From the NCBI GenBank assembly GCA_965370555.1, contig CBDUVB010000004.1, forward strand, positions 15,269-79,268: DNA of 64,000 bases. The letters are read 5' to 3'. Under the pieces are notes generated by a model. That model was not told the origin of the DNA. It made no database searches and saw only the letters and a program-made list of their open reading frames with translations. Numbering within the stretch: the first letter of the stretch is position 1; the number at the start of each line of letters is the position of its first letter. Below are positions 44,895 to 54,382 of the stretch, piece by piece. Made by a program: the position numbers and the translations under genes. This stretch comes from an uncultured bacterium (GTDB lineage: Bacteria > Bipolaricaulota > Bipolaricaulia > UBA7950 > UBA9294).

Positions 44895-45191
44895 TCATAG
44901 ATGCACAAGGATTTTGAACCCTTTCGTATCGCGCTCGTATGTGATCGCCCCGTATTGACATGCCTTGGCGCAGGCAGGATCTCCACCGCAGAGGTCACAC
45001 CCGATGGGGCAGATCATTGGTGCTGCATGTCCAGTGTGCACATCCCGCTCCATAACAATCATGGACTTCGCCGGGTTAAACAGGCTGTACTTCGCAAACG
45101 AACAGGCCAGTTGACAACTTCGGCAACCGCGACAGTTCAAGGGTTCAACCACTAAACCCCCCGTGGATTCTTGCAAACATCCCTCTAGCAT
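44895..45191 (-). CDS. 4Fe-4S dicluster ferredoxin-like protein
   Basis: CRGCRSCQLAC and CDLCGGDPACAKAC cysteine motifs. Lies immediately upstream of AOR copy 2. Confidence 0.8.
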   Translation of the reverse strand: MLEGCLQESTGGLVVEPLNCRGCRSCQLACSFAKYSLFNPAKSMIVMERDVHTGHAAPMICPIGCDLCGGDPACAKACQYGAITYERDTKGFKILVHL

Positions 45192-45255
45192 TAAACCACC
45201 TCTTCTCTTGATTTGGACAACCTATCTTTTTGCTTCTGGCTGATAGCACCTTACC

Positions 45256-46704
45256 CTAAGCCACGTTGAAGACGGGCCGAGGATCGGCAAAGAACCTAGG
45301 AAGTACCAGAATATCGGGGTGCTTCTTTCCGACAGTGTCAAGTGCAATCTCGAACGCCCGGTCAAAATCTTTTGCCGGCGTGAGCCCATGCTCACGAATC
45401 AATCCCGGTACAACGTCCCCAGCTATGATCGACTTGCGTGTCAGCTTCCAGTGGTGAGCTGCATCTCCGCACATGAAGATGCTGTGCTTGGGGCTAAACG
45501 CATAGTGATACTTGTACGCATGCAGGTACTCCGGATGGTGCCAGAAGTAGTCCGAGTGCGAAAAGAACTCCTCAAGGTCGTAGCACTCTCTGAAAAGTCT
45601 AAGTGCCTCGTGATCGGCCGGTCTGTGTTTGGAGATAATCCCTTTGCACTGTGACAACGATATAAGGACACCTCCTTCTCGCAGCAGCGGCTTGTCCCGC
45701 GCCATCCGCAAGACTTGGGACGACACGCCAAGAGTACCTGGATTATCGCTTGTGTCGTATGAAAGGTCGTGAGGAACCCCAGACACGACGATATCGAACT
45801 GAGGAATCTGAACCAGGAAACACTTGTCGGCATCTGGATACTCCCTTTTCTCCAACTCCGGGACGTGTCCACAATAGAAGGCTACGGCTTGATGGTCAGG
45901 TCCCAGGAGGGCGTCGACATAGAAGACTTTCTTTCCGATCTCTTGTTCAACCTTCCTGTGAACAGCAAGTTTATGCTTTCGGTAGATGTTGCGCTCGGGC
46001 AGGTATTCGGCGTTTAATACTGCTTTCGTCTTGTAGACCGAATGGCTATGCAATGAGTCGAGGGAGCGAGCCCCAGCAAGACCGATCGAAACACCTTGGC
46101 CAGCGTATCCTCCAAATCCCAGTGGGAAGATCGTGCCAACGTAGATTACCTGGTCGGCTTCGACGAGCACCTGATCGTACTCGACCTGATCGCCGAGGTC
46201 TGTTGCACCGAGATATACATTGCCCTCGGTACAGTCGTGATTGCGGATCCTGCTCTTCCCGCCGTCGAACGGGCAGAATCTCTTGTATAAGTCCTCGCCC
46301 AGGTGGGCTCGCAATTCCAGTGGGGTCATCTTGCGGTGTCCACCGATTGCACAAACCAACGAGATGTCCTCTTCGTTTACCCCTGTTTCTCGTAGCTGCT
46401 CAAGGACTATAGGGATGACATACTTAATTGGTTCGGGTTTCTTGAAACCGTCATCAAACGCAATGACTACTTTGTCTCCCCGTTTCACCAAGGCAGGAAG
46501 AGGCTCCATTCCAATTGGATTGGCCAGCGCATCGCGCACCGCCTGCTGCGGATTCGGGTGTACAGCGATCTCCGGGAATGCCGGGGTACCGTATTCAAGA
46601 ACCATCGCGTCACTTGGTACCGAGATATCCATCCAGGCAGTGCTGTATTGCATCCGAACCGTTTTAAAACCAGTCATATCACCAACCTTTCTAAGTTCTC
46701 CCAT
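45256..46704 (-). CDS. LarA-like (DUF2088, lactate racemase N-terminal domain) protein
   Basis: NPIGMEPLPALVKRGDKVVIAFDD...VCAIGGHRKMT resembles the LarA N-terminal domain including the His108-equivalent. The start could instead be the ATG at 46677. Confidence 0.75.
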   Translation of the reverse strand: MGELRKVGDMTGFKTVRMQYSTAWMDISVPSDAMVLEYGTPAFPEIAVHPNPQQAVRDALANPIGMEPLPALVKRGDKVVIAFDDGFKKPEPIKYVIPIVLEQLRETGVNEEDISLVCAIGGHRKMTPLELRAHLGEDLYKRFCPFDGGKSRIRNHDCTEGNVYLGATDLGDQVEYDQVLVEADQVIYVGTIFPLGFGGYAGQGVSIGLAGARSLDSLHSHSVYKTKAVLNAEYLPERNIYRKHKLAVHRKVEQEIGKKVFYVDALLGPDHQAVAFYCGHVPELEKREYPDADKCFLVQIPQFDIVVSGVPHDLSYDTSDNPGTLGVSSQVLRMARDKPLLREGGVLISLSQCKGIISKHRPADHEALRLFRECYDLEEFFSHSDYFWHHPEYLHAYKYHYAFSPKHSIFMCGDAAHHWKLTRKSIIAGDVVPGLIREHGLTPAKDFDRAFEIALDTVGKKHPDILVLPRFFADPRPVFNVA

Positions 46705-46784
46705 CCCAGTAACCCAGTCCCCATCTCCCGCACACCCAGAGACAATTCTCTACCCGGATGTCTCTTCCGAAGTGCTCCTCGCTG

Positions 46785-47153
46785 CTAGCGTCGCACAATC
46801 TCCAGTACGTTCCCTTCCGGATCCTTGAAGTATCCTATCTTCCAGCCGTTGCTCGTTTCTCTAACACCTTCGAGGGAAACCCCTTTTTGATTCAGATCAG
46901 TTTCGATCTCCTCAAAATCCTCTACGATCAACCCGATGTGACTGAATCCTGCATCATTCAGCTCTCGCGTTGGTCGAGATTCTTTGGTGGGAAGAATCTC
47001 AATTTCCCCACCCTCGTCAGCCGCCAGAAAGTAGATTGGTGGCCGGCCTTCCTTCTCGAGGGTCCTAACAACGGAAAACCCCAGCGTATTGCGATACCAA
47101 TCCGCTAAGGCCTTCGTATCATAAGCATAGACACCAAAGTGCTCGAGCTTCAT
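46785..47153 (-). CDS. VOC/glyoxalase family protein
   Basis: MKLEHFGVYAYD...FSHIGLIVEDFE...GYFKDPEGNVLEI pattern. Confidence 0.8.
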   Translation of the reverse strand: MKLEHFGVYAYDTKALADWYRNTLGFSVVRTLEKEGRPPIYFLAADEGGEIEILPTKESRPTRELNDAGFSHIGLIVEDFEEIETDLNQKGVSLEGVRETSNGWKIGYFKDPEGNVLEIVRR

Positions 47154-47160
47154 TGCCCAA

Positions 47161-47919
47161 TCACCCCTCTACATCCGCGAAGCCTGTGACCATCATTCCT
47201 TCTGCATCGGGCAGAAGAAGAGGAATCGCATAAGATCGAAGAAGTTTCTTGCCGAGAAGGGGCGCAAGGTTTGCGTCCTCCACGAGATAGAACTTCCGAC
47301 CTGCTTTGAGGAAAGCTTTGTGAACGGGGAACTGTGGGTCCAGGCCCTTGGCTTCGCCGATGTTCTCAATTCCCATCAGGTCGACACACACCCCTTTCAG
47401 GCTAAAGTCTTCCATCAGGTAGCGCGCGGCATCGACTGAGAAGCTCGGTTGTTGGTTGAGATACCGCTCCGGGTCGGTTTTCCGATACTGAGAGTATCCG
47501 GTACACACAAATAAAAAATCGCTTTGCTTAAGTGCAGCTGAATGAGGTTCGAGCTCTTCTACGAGGATCCGCTCCATGTCTCCCTTAGGAATCTCAAGGA
47601 GCATGGGTCGTTCGGAGATGAAGTCAGTGATTTCGAATGCTCCCATCTTGAATCCATCTGGGTCAACGTGGAAGTTCACATCCATGTGGGTTCCCGAATG
47701 CACAAACATGTGTACAAAACTCGTGTTGTTATACGACCCCCACCTCACCTCTTCAGGTCCTGCGTCTTGTGGCTTTCCGGCCATGCGTGATCGAGGGATT
47801 ACGCGCGGCGGATCTATCGGCCCTGGCATCTTGATTTGGTCTGGTTCCAGCAAGTATGAGAACTGAACTATCATCCCTTCCACCTCCGTAAAGATATCTT
47901 TTTGCTTCTTTTGTCTCAT
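47161..47919 (-). CDS. Cyclase family protein (kynurenine formamidase-like metal hydrolase)
   Basis: HSGTHMDVNFH motif and overall size. Confidence 0.75.
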   Translation of the reverse strand: MRQKKQKDIFTEVEGMIVQFSYLLEPDQIKMPGPIDPPRVIPRSRMAGKPQDAGPEEVRWGSYNNTSFVHMFVHSGTHMDVNFHVDPDGFKMGAFEITDFISERPMLLEIPKGDMERILVEELEPHSAALKQSDFLFVCTGYSQYRKTDPERYLNQQPSFSVDAARYLMEDFSLKGVCVDLMGIENIGEAKGLDPQFPVHKAFLKAGRKFYLVEDANLAPLLGKKLLRSYAIPLLLPDAEGMMVTGFADVEG

Positions 47920-47927
47920 TATCTTGC

Positions 47928-48278
47928 CTATTCAGGCTCGCTAAATTCCTCAATGGCCTCCATCACCAATTTCAAGTGTGATTGAGCGGGACCGCCGTCC
48001 ATGAGCACTGCTACGAAGGCTGCTTCCAAGATCTCTTCTGGCGTTGCTCCAAAGGAGAAAGCCGCTTGAGTATGGTAGGCGATACATTGCGTGCATCGCT
48101 TAGACAATCCGATGGCAAGCCCGATCAATGCCTTTTGCTTTTGAGAGAGTGCGCCCTCCTGACGAGCGACACCGGAAAAGTCTCGCCAAGCTCCAATGTA
48201 CTCGGCATACTTACCTTCAGCCAATGTGCTGTTAGTCTCCTGCATCTCCTCAAGCAGTTTTCGTAGCTCGGTTCCCAT
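47928..48278 (-). CDS. Carboxymuconolactone decarboxylase/AhpD-like family protein
   Basis: CTQCIAYH (CxxC-x2-H) motif in a ~115-aa all-alpha protein. Confidence 0.8.
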   Translation of the reverse strand: MGTELRKLLEEMQETNSTLAEGKYAEYIGAWRDFSGVARQEGALSQKQKALIGLAIGLSKRCTQCIAYHTQAAFSFGATPEEILEAAFVAVLMDGGPAQSHLKLVMEAIEEFSEPE

Positions 48279-48312
48279 ATGCGCTCCTTTCGCCCATGAT
48301 CAGCCAAACATA

Positions 48313-48329
48313 TCATTACATTGTAATGA
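48313..48329. promoter_or_regulatory. Perfect 17-bp palindrome TCATTACA-T-TGTAATGA, candidate operator
   Basis: Read directly. It lies in the predicted 5' UTR of the minus-strand operon starting at 48278 and upstream of the divergent DeoC pair. The related motif cattacattgt occurs at 59607-59617. Confidence 0.5.
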
Positions 48330-48350
48330 CAGCTTTACAATATCCGCACC

Positions 48351-48380
48351 ATTATACATCACCTCTTTGGGTGCCGTCAA
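48351..48380 (-). promoter_or_regulatory. Sigma70-like promoter of the 48278->32883 minus-strand gene string (TTGACG-18 nt-TATAAT)
   Basis: Reverse complement of 48375-48380 is ttgacg and of 48351-48356 is tataat. Confidence 0.5.
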
Positions 48381-48766
48381 GTCTTTGTGAGTAAATCGCT
48401 CGCGCGAAGGCAAGAACAAGCCCCTTCTCAAGCATCCCTTCTCGTAGGAGGAAAAAGAACAAAAGAACCTTCCCCACGTGCAATGCCCCGCCAAAGCATA
48501 TAGCTCAAGCCGCAGGGCGAAGAATTGGTTTTTGCATGTCTCCCTCTATTTGCTAGGCCCACTTGAAACGCTACGAGCCATCTAGTAATATTGTTAAGCT
48601 ATTATGCTAAGGTAAGGAGGTGAAGGGTAGGGTTCTGGGAAAACACATGGTTTTAAAATGACCAGAAACGCCAAGAAGCTACCTGGACAAGAAATCCCAA
48701 GTTTGAGTAAGCGTAGCCATCAAGGGAACACGAAAAACACTCTGACGAATAAAAAAAGGAGGAGTT

Positions 48767-49462
48767 ATGGCTCAAATCGAATCGATGAAGCCAGAACAAA
48801 TGGCTAAGGTCATCATCTCGTCCCTTATCGAGGCTAACGTGACCGCCGCTGACATCACCAAATTCGTTAACGAAGTAAAGCCTTACGGTTTTGCATCGCT
48901 GGCTGTGGATCTACCCTTTATTGACATTACCGTGGAATTGTTAAAGGATGTGTCTACCCGCGTGACGACCGTAGCGTCCTACCCCTTGGGGGGGATGACC
49001 AAAGACGTCAAGGTAAAGCAAGTCGAGTATGCGCGCGACCACGGAGCCTACGATATCGATGTCTCCATGAACTACCTTGCCATTAAGTCCGGTGATTTCG
49101 GGACAGTTGAGGAGGAGGTCCGGCAGATTATGAACGCTGCTAGCGATCTCAAGATCGTCATGATTCCTCAGGTCACCGTTCTCACCAATGACGAGAAGGC
49201 GAAGACGTGCGAGGCACTATTGAAAGGAGGCTGTAAAAATATCAAAACCGCTTCCGGTTTTGGCTGGAAGACAGAAGTGGAGGACGTCGTTTTTATCAAG
49301 CGGCTGTTCGGTGACGATATCCACATCGAAGTCTCGGGTGGGATTCGCACCCACCAAGACGCCATCGCTATGTTGAATGCTGGAGCTGAGCGAATCCATA
49401 CGAGCACCGCATTCCAGGTCATGGGGATGGATAAGACCTTGGCTTATCAAAAAAAGGAGTGA
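48767..49462 (+). CDS. DeoC/LacD-family aldolase paralogue, divergent group II (pair A)
   Basis: TIM-barrel DeoC-like pattern. IKTASGFGW keeps the Schiff-base Lys. IEVSGGIR has Glu where canonical DERA has its second Lys. Confidence 0.75.
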   Translation: MAQIESMKPEQMAKVIISSLIEANVTAADITKFVNEVKPYGFASLAVDLPFIDITVELLKDVSTRVTTVASYPLGGMTKDVKVKQVEYARDHGAYDIDVSMNYLAIKSGDFGTVEEEVRQIMNAASDLKIVMIPQVTVLTNDEKAKTCEALLKGGCKNIKTASGFGWKTEVEDVVFIKRLFGDDIHIEVSGGIRTHQDAIAMLNAGAERIHTSTAFQVMGMDKTLAYQKKE

Positions 49463-49467
49463 ACGCC

Positions 49468-50154
49468 ATGACGATCGATCGAAAAACCTTTGCCAAGACC
49501 ATTGACCATACCTACCTCAAGATTCACCGCAGTGACGCGGAAATCAAGCGTATTTGTTTCGAGGCAGAGAAGTACGGGTTCGCCTCTGTGGCAATCTTCC
49601 CTGTTGCGGTTCCCTTGGCTGCCTCGCTCCTAAAGGATACGGGCGTTGCTGTCTGTGCCGCCCTTGGATTCCACTTGGGTGCCTACCCTCCTGAAATAAA
49701 GGCATTTGAAACCGAAGATGCTATCGCAAAAGGGGCAACCGAGGTCGACTTAGTGATGAACGTAGCCGCGGCGAAAGCAAAAGACTGGGATCTGCTGAAA
49801 AGGGAATTTGAGCTGTTCCGGAAGGCAGCCGGGGACAAGATCGCCAAGATCATCCTAGAAACGTGCTTGCTTACCGATGATGAAAAGATCAAAGCGTGTG
49901 AACTCGCAAAAGAGATCGGCTTGGATTTCGTGAAAACGTCCACCGGCTACAAGAAAGGAGCGACCATTCCGGATGTCAAGCTCATGCATGAAACAGTAGC
50001 CCCTCAACTTAAGGTTAAGGCTGCCGGCGGCATAAGAACGTTGGAGGATGCCTTGGCAATGATCGAAGCAGGGGCTTCGCGCCTTGGCACCAGCGCGGGC
50101 GTCGCTCTAGTCAAAGCCTATGAAAAGAAGTTCGAGTCAGCGTTGAGCCAATAA
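49468..50154 (+). CDS. deoC: Deoxyribose-phosphate aldolase, canonical type (pair A)
   Basis: [24 protein letters not shown] and VKAAGGIR motifs. The ATG at 49468 has aaaaaggag upstream. The track start GTG at 49459 overlaps the upstream stop. Confidence 0.85.
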   Translation: MTIDRKTFAKTIDHTYLKIHRSDAEIKRICFEAEKYGFASVAIFPVAVPLAASLLKDTGVAVCAALGFHLGAYPPEIKAFETEDAIAKGATEVDLVMNVAAAKAKDWDLLKREFELFRKAAGDKIAKIILETCLLTDDEKIKACELAKEIGLDFVKTSTGYKKGATIPDVKLMHETVAPQLKVKAAGGIRTLEDALAMIEAGASRLGTSAGVALVKAYEKKFESALSQ

Positions 50155-50393
50155 TAACCGCTAGAACTATCTTCCCTGCCTTGGCTTGAGTTATCCAGCA
50201 CGCTGCTGTTGCGAGTACGGATGTCCACCTCGCACGGACATCGCAGAGCAGGCTCTCGCTCTCTAATGGATACCCTTCGCTCAATGCCGCCAACTCAGAG
50301 CTTGCAAGGGACATCCATAGGTCGCGTTACTACCTGGGTCTCAAATGAGGAGGCGGAGGAGTCCGACATGAAGGGGATAGCACTTCTCTTCTG

Positions 50394-51107
50394 TCACTTC
50401 TTCCGCAAAGAGGAGTGATAGATCGCCACACCAGCATCAGTCCCTATTCTACTCGCTCCGACCTTGATCATGGCCAAAGCATCCCCGTACGTACGAATTC
50501 CTCCCTGGGCCTTTACGCTCAATTGTGGCCCAGCAACTTCTTTCATCAAGCATATATCCTTACTCGAAGCTTGTCCTACACTCTGCGGATCAGTTGAGAC
50601 GATGCGGAAGCCAGTCGAATTTACTACAAAATCCATACCGACATCTCGAGCAAGCTGACAAGTGAGCTTCTTTTCTTCCTCGGTCAAATACATGCTTTCC
50701 AAGATCACTTTTGCAACGAGGGCCCCTGCGACATCACGAAACGACCGCATCTCGTGTTCTACTTCCTTCCATTGCCCGGCTCGGATTGCAGCCGAGTTGA
50801 GAACCATCTCCAGTTCGCCAACCCCCTGCTCTTTTGCCAGCGAAGCTTCACTAAGCTTAACCTCCAGCACCTGACCGCCAAATGGGAAACCAATCACGCT
50901 TGATGCCTTCACAGAGGAACCTGATAAGCAATCAACGGCTAGCGGCACGTTAATGGAGTGGACGACCACTGCAGCAAAGCCGTAGGTGTGTGCTTCCAGA
51001 CAAAGCTTCTCAACGTCAGCATAGCTCAGCTCCTTGCGAAGATCGGTGTGATCGATCTTTCCCACCAGTTCCTGCTTTGCCCTCCCTGAGTCAATCGTGT
51101 TTCTCAC
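50394..51107 (-). CDS. DeoC-family paralogue, canonical-like fold but Schiff-base Lys replaced (DFVVNSTGF) (pair B)
   Basis: IDHTDLR, ELEMVLNS (Asp to Glu), DFVVNSTGF (Lys to Val) and VKAQGGIR. GTGA overlap with the upstream gene. Confidence 0.75.
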   Translation of the reverse strand: MRNTIDSGRAKQELVGKIDHTDLRKELSYADVEKLCLEAHTYGFAAVVVHSINVPLAVDCLSGSSVKASSVIGFPFGGQVLEVKLSEASLAKEQGVGELEMVLNSAAIRAGQWKEVEHEMRSFRDVAGALVAKVILESMYLTEEEKKLTCQLARDVGMDFVVNSTGFRIVSTDPQSVGQASSKDICLMKEVAGPQLSVKAQGGIRTYGDALAMIKVGASRIGTDAGVAIYHSSLRKK

Positions 51108-51784
51108 AGGCGTTCCTCCATCGCGTGGTCAAGTATCTCGAAGACCCGGCTTGTATGAATTCTCCTCCCTCCTGCTTCAATCATGCGAATCGTTTCATCG
51201 TAGGTTCTGACACCGCCCGACACATCTACTTGAAACGCATCGCCAAAGTTTCTGCGGATGAAAAGCACATCTTCGATCGGCGTATTCCACCCATATCCAG
51301 AAGACGTCTTAATCGCTTTAACCCCACAGTTTGCAAAGACCTCAAGGGTACGCATCTTCTCGCCGTTGGTAAGAATAGCTGTCTCAGGGATAGGGACCAG
51401 CCGGATATCATCAGCTGCTGCATCCACCATGGCGCGGGTGTCCTTTTCCAGCGCCTTGAAATCCCCGGACTTGATCGCCGCAAAATGTGCACCCACATCA
51501 ATTTCTACAGCCCCCGCGGTGATAGCATAACGGATAGCAGCAACCTTTGTCTCGGTGGACTTGTTGCCAAGTGGATAAGCCGCTGCGGTTCCCACGCCAA
51601 TGCCGACTGACCCCAAAATATCAGCCGCCATGGCAATCCGCACTTGGTCGACAAACACGCCCGCAATGGGAGGATACCCAATCACTCGCTGCAGGAATGA
51701 GATAACCTCTGAGTCCGAAGCAGCAGGCATAAAGATCGCCCCCATCAGGCGTTGAGCAAGCTCTTCAACGGCAACATAGTTCAT
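51104..51784 (-). CDS. DeoC/LacD-family aldolase paralogue, group II (pair B)
   Basis: AIKTSSGYGW, VDVSGGVR, RIHTS. Confidence 0.75.
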   Translation of the reverse strand: MNYVAVEELAQRLMGAIFMPAASDSEVISFLQRVIGYPPIAGVFVDQVRIAMAADILGSVGIGVGTAAAYPLGNKSTETKVAAIRYAITAGAVEIDVGAHFAAIKSGDFKALEKDTRAMVDAAADDIRLVPIPETAILTNGEKMRTLEVFANCGVKAIKTSSGYGWNTPIEDVLFIRRNFGDAFQVDVSGGVRTYDETIRMIEAGGRRIHTSRVFEILDHAMEERL

Positions 51785-51800
51785 GAAGCTTCCTCCACCA

Positions 51801-53306
51801 TCACAACGACAAAGAGAGAAGTCTCTCCTTGGAGAAGTCAGCCTTATTAAGCGTTCCGGTTACTTTCCCATCACGCATGACAACAATTCTATCACACATT
51901 CGTATAGTTGCCTCGATGTCCGATGAAACCAAGATAACGCCGCTGTCTTTGCCACAAAACGCACGAAGTATGGCATGGACCTCGAATTTAGCTCCGACGT
52001 CAATCCCCGCGGTTGGTTCATCAGCAATCAGCACCTTCGGATTGGTCAAGAGCCATTTTGCGAGACATACTTTTTGCTGGTTTCCTCCGCTCAAAGTAGC
52101 CACACGCTGCTTGGTAGACCTAGTCACTACATTCAGCTTCCTGCTCCAAAACGTGCCTTCTTTCTCAATGACTCCATGTTGCAGCATCCCCCTTCTTATG
52201 AAACGACTAAGAACGGCGGACACGATGTTCTGCTCAATGGTCATATCAAGGAACAGGCCTTGTTCACGTCTGTCCTGGGGAAGATACCCAATACCCAACC
52301 TCATAGCATCCCTAAGACCTCTAATTCGAATTGGAGTCCCTTCCAAGTTGAGCTCACCTCTTTGCGGGGTTTCCAGACCGAATAGGCACCTGGCCACCTC
52401 TTTTACACCGGACCCAAGCAAACCGAAAAAGCCCAGTATTTCTCCTCGATGAAGCTGGAAACTCACGTCAGAGAAGGAGCTATACACAGTCATAGAACGA
52501 ACATCTAGAAGGCTTCCGCTTTCATCGTTGACGGAGGGGGGCATCGTTTCTCGTTCCTCGAAGTGATCTAACTGTTCCTGTCCCACCTGCAACCTGATGA
52601 TCTGGTCCCGAGAGGTAGTCTCGGTTTTGTAGGTTCCTACATACCTCCCGTCCCGAAGAACGGTGATGCGGTCAGAGATCTCGAATACTTCATCGAGCCG
52701 ATGCGTGATGTAGATAATTGTCGTGCCAGCATCACGCAGCTTTCTCAGAAGCCGGAACAGCTCCTGGACTTCCTTCGCGGGCAATGTAGAGGTGGGCTCG
52801 TCCAGGATGAGAATCTTAGCTTCCTGACGAAGCGCTTTCGCGATCTCAACAATTTGTTTTTGCGCCACGTTCAGATTCTCCACCATCGTGCCAGGATCCG
52901 CGGCTACCCTAAGCACTTCCAGCAGTTCTTTGCTTCGCTGATTCATCGTTCGGTAATCGATTAATCCTAGTCTAGAGGTTGGTTCACTGCCGGCAAAGAC
53001 GTTTTCACTCAGTGTCAGATCGTTTGCCAGACTGAACTCTTGGTAGACCATGTGAATCCCAGCCGACATTGCGTCAGCGTAACTACTGAAGGAAATTGGA
53101 TGGCCTTCAATATGAATCTCGCCTTGTCTTAGAACATAGTTCCCGGTGAGCAGCTTCATCAGCGTACTCTTGCCCGCACCGTTTTCACCAACAATAGCAT
53201 GGATCTCACCAGGATCGATGGAAAAGGAGACATGATCGAGAGCGCGCACTCCCGGGAAGCCTTTTGTCACATCCACGAACCGGATAATCTCACTCGGCGC
53301 AACCAT
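51801..53306 (-). CDS. Sugar ABC transporter ATP-binding protein (tandem ABC domains)
   Basis: GENGAGKST and LSGGNQQKV motifs. I prefer the ATG at 53306 (ggtgagga upstream). It overlaps the PfkB stop by 17 nt. Confidence 0.9.
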   Translation of the reverse strand: MVAPSEIIRFVDVTKGFPGVRALDHVSFSIDPGEIHAIVGENGAGKSTLMKLLTGNYVLRQGEIHIEGHPISFSSYADAMSAGIHMVYQEFSLANDLTLSENVFAGSEPTSRLGLIDYRTMNQRSKELLEVLRVAADPGTMVENLNVAQKQIVEIAKALRQEAKILILDEPTSTLPAKEVQELFRLLRKLRDAGTTIIYITHRLDEVFEISDRITVLRDGRYVGTYKTETTSRDQIIRLQVGQEQLDHFEERETMPPSVNDESGSLLDVRSMTVYSSFSDVSFQLHRGEILGFFGLLGSGVKEVARCLFGLETPQRGELNLEGTPIRIRGLRDAMRLGIGYLPQDRREQGLFLDMTIEQNIVSAVLSRFIRRGMLQHGVIEKEGTFWSRKLNVVTRSTKQRVATLSGGNQQKVCLAKWLLTNPKVLIADEPTAGIDVGAKFEVHAILRAFCGKDSGVILVSSDIEATIRMCDRIVVMRDGKVTGTLNKADFSKERLLSLSL

Positions 53307-54294
53307 GTTGATCCTCACCTGATTGTCCAGTGCTCATTAGTCTCTCTATTGAAGAAAGCGATGCTTCCCCGAAGTTCTCCGGGCTTGTGCAGCACAGTGC
53401 CCCACAGGCATTCGCAAAACGCGCGATCCTCGTTTCCGACCAGCCATTGATGTACCCGAACGCAAAGCCAGCGTGGAATGCATCGCCAGCACCAGTTGTA
53501 TCCACCACCTTGACCTTAAAGCCGGGGACCATTATCTCAGAGCGCTCGTTACGGATCAGGCAGCCATCCGGCCCCAGCGTGACCGCAACAAGGCAAGGCC
53601 CGGCTCCAAGGAATCGACCGGCAATCGCGCTTGGATCCGAGAGCTCTGTGTATTCTTCCATTGCAATGTACGAACCCGACAGCGCGTCGCACAATCGAAC
53701 CACTTCCCCCACTTGCTCTTTGGTCCCAAACCCCCCGGTCCCTGGACAAGCGGCGGAATCGAAATCGAGAATCACCTGCACCCCATTCTGTTTTGCGATA
53801 GTAGCCGCAGCCAAGACACTATCGAGCGGAAATTGACTCACCTCGACCAGAAGGAAGCTTGCCTTCGATATGGGGGCAGCAAAGCAACTAGTAACTTGCT
53901 CGGGAGTGATCCGAACCGTATCTCCCAAATCGCAGTAACCAGTGCGTTCACCAGAAGGGTCTGTGAGAACCCAGCAGTAAGAGGATATTCCCTCAGTCAG
54001 TACTCTCACATGGCTTGTCATTACGTGCACCTTCTTGAGGGCCTTAAGGAGGGCGTTCCCAATCTCATCATCTCCCAACACCCCCAACCATGCAACTCTC
54101 AAGCCTAGTCGGGCAAGCTGGGCAAGGGAGTCCACAGTAACCCCACCTGGTCGGACGGTCATCTTGCTGATCGATCCCTTCTCGCCCGGGCCCAGGATTC
54201 TTGGGACACGAGCCATGTAGGCCATTACACAATTTCCTAAACCCACAACTTCGCTCTTCCCACAATCTTTGCTTTCGACCCTCTCAGATACCAT
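53290..54294 (-). CDS. PfkB-family carbohydrate kinase (ribokinase-like)
   Basis: DTTGAGDAF motif and the N-terminal VVGLGN...GGVTVDS pattern. Confidence 0.85.
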   Translation of the reverse strand: MVSERVESKDCGKSEVVGLGNCVMAYMARVPRILGPGEKGSISKMTVRPGGVTVDSLAQLARLGLRVAWLGVLGDDEIGNALLKALKKVHVMTSHVRVLTEGISSYCWVLTDPSGERTGYCDLGDTVRITPEQVTSCFAAPISKASFLLVEVSQFPLDSVLAAATIAKQNGVQVILDFDSAACPGTGGFGTKEQVGEVVRLCDALSGSYIAMEEYTELSDPSAIAGRFLGAGPCLVAVTLGPDGCLIRNERSEIMVPGFKVKVVDTTGAGDAFHAGFAFGYINGWSETRIARFANACGALCCTSPENFGEASLSSIERLMSTGQSGEDQHGCAE

Positions 54295-54382
54295 CCTTAT
54301 TTACAACTCCTTCATTTGTGCACGACACAAAATCTCTGTCACATGCCTCACCAGCTAAGTCTTGGGCCTATCGAAAATCAAC

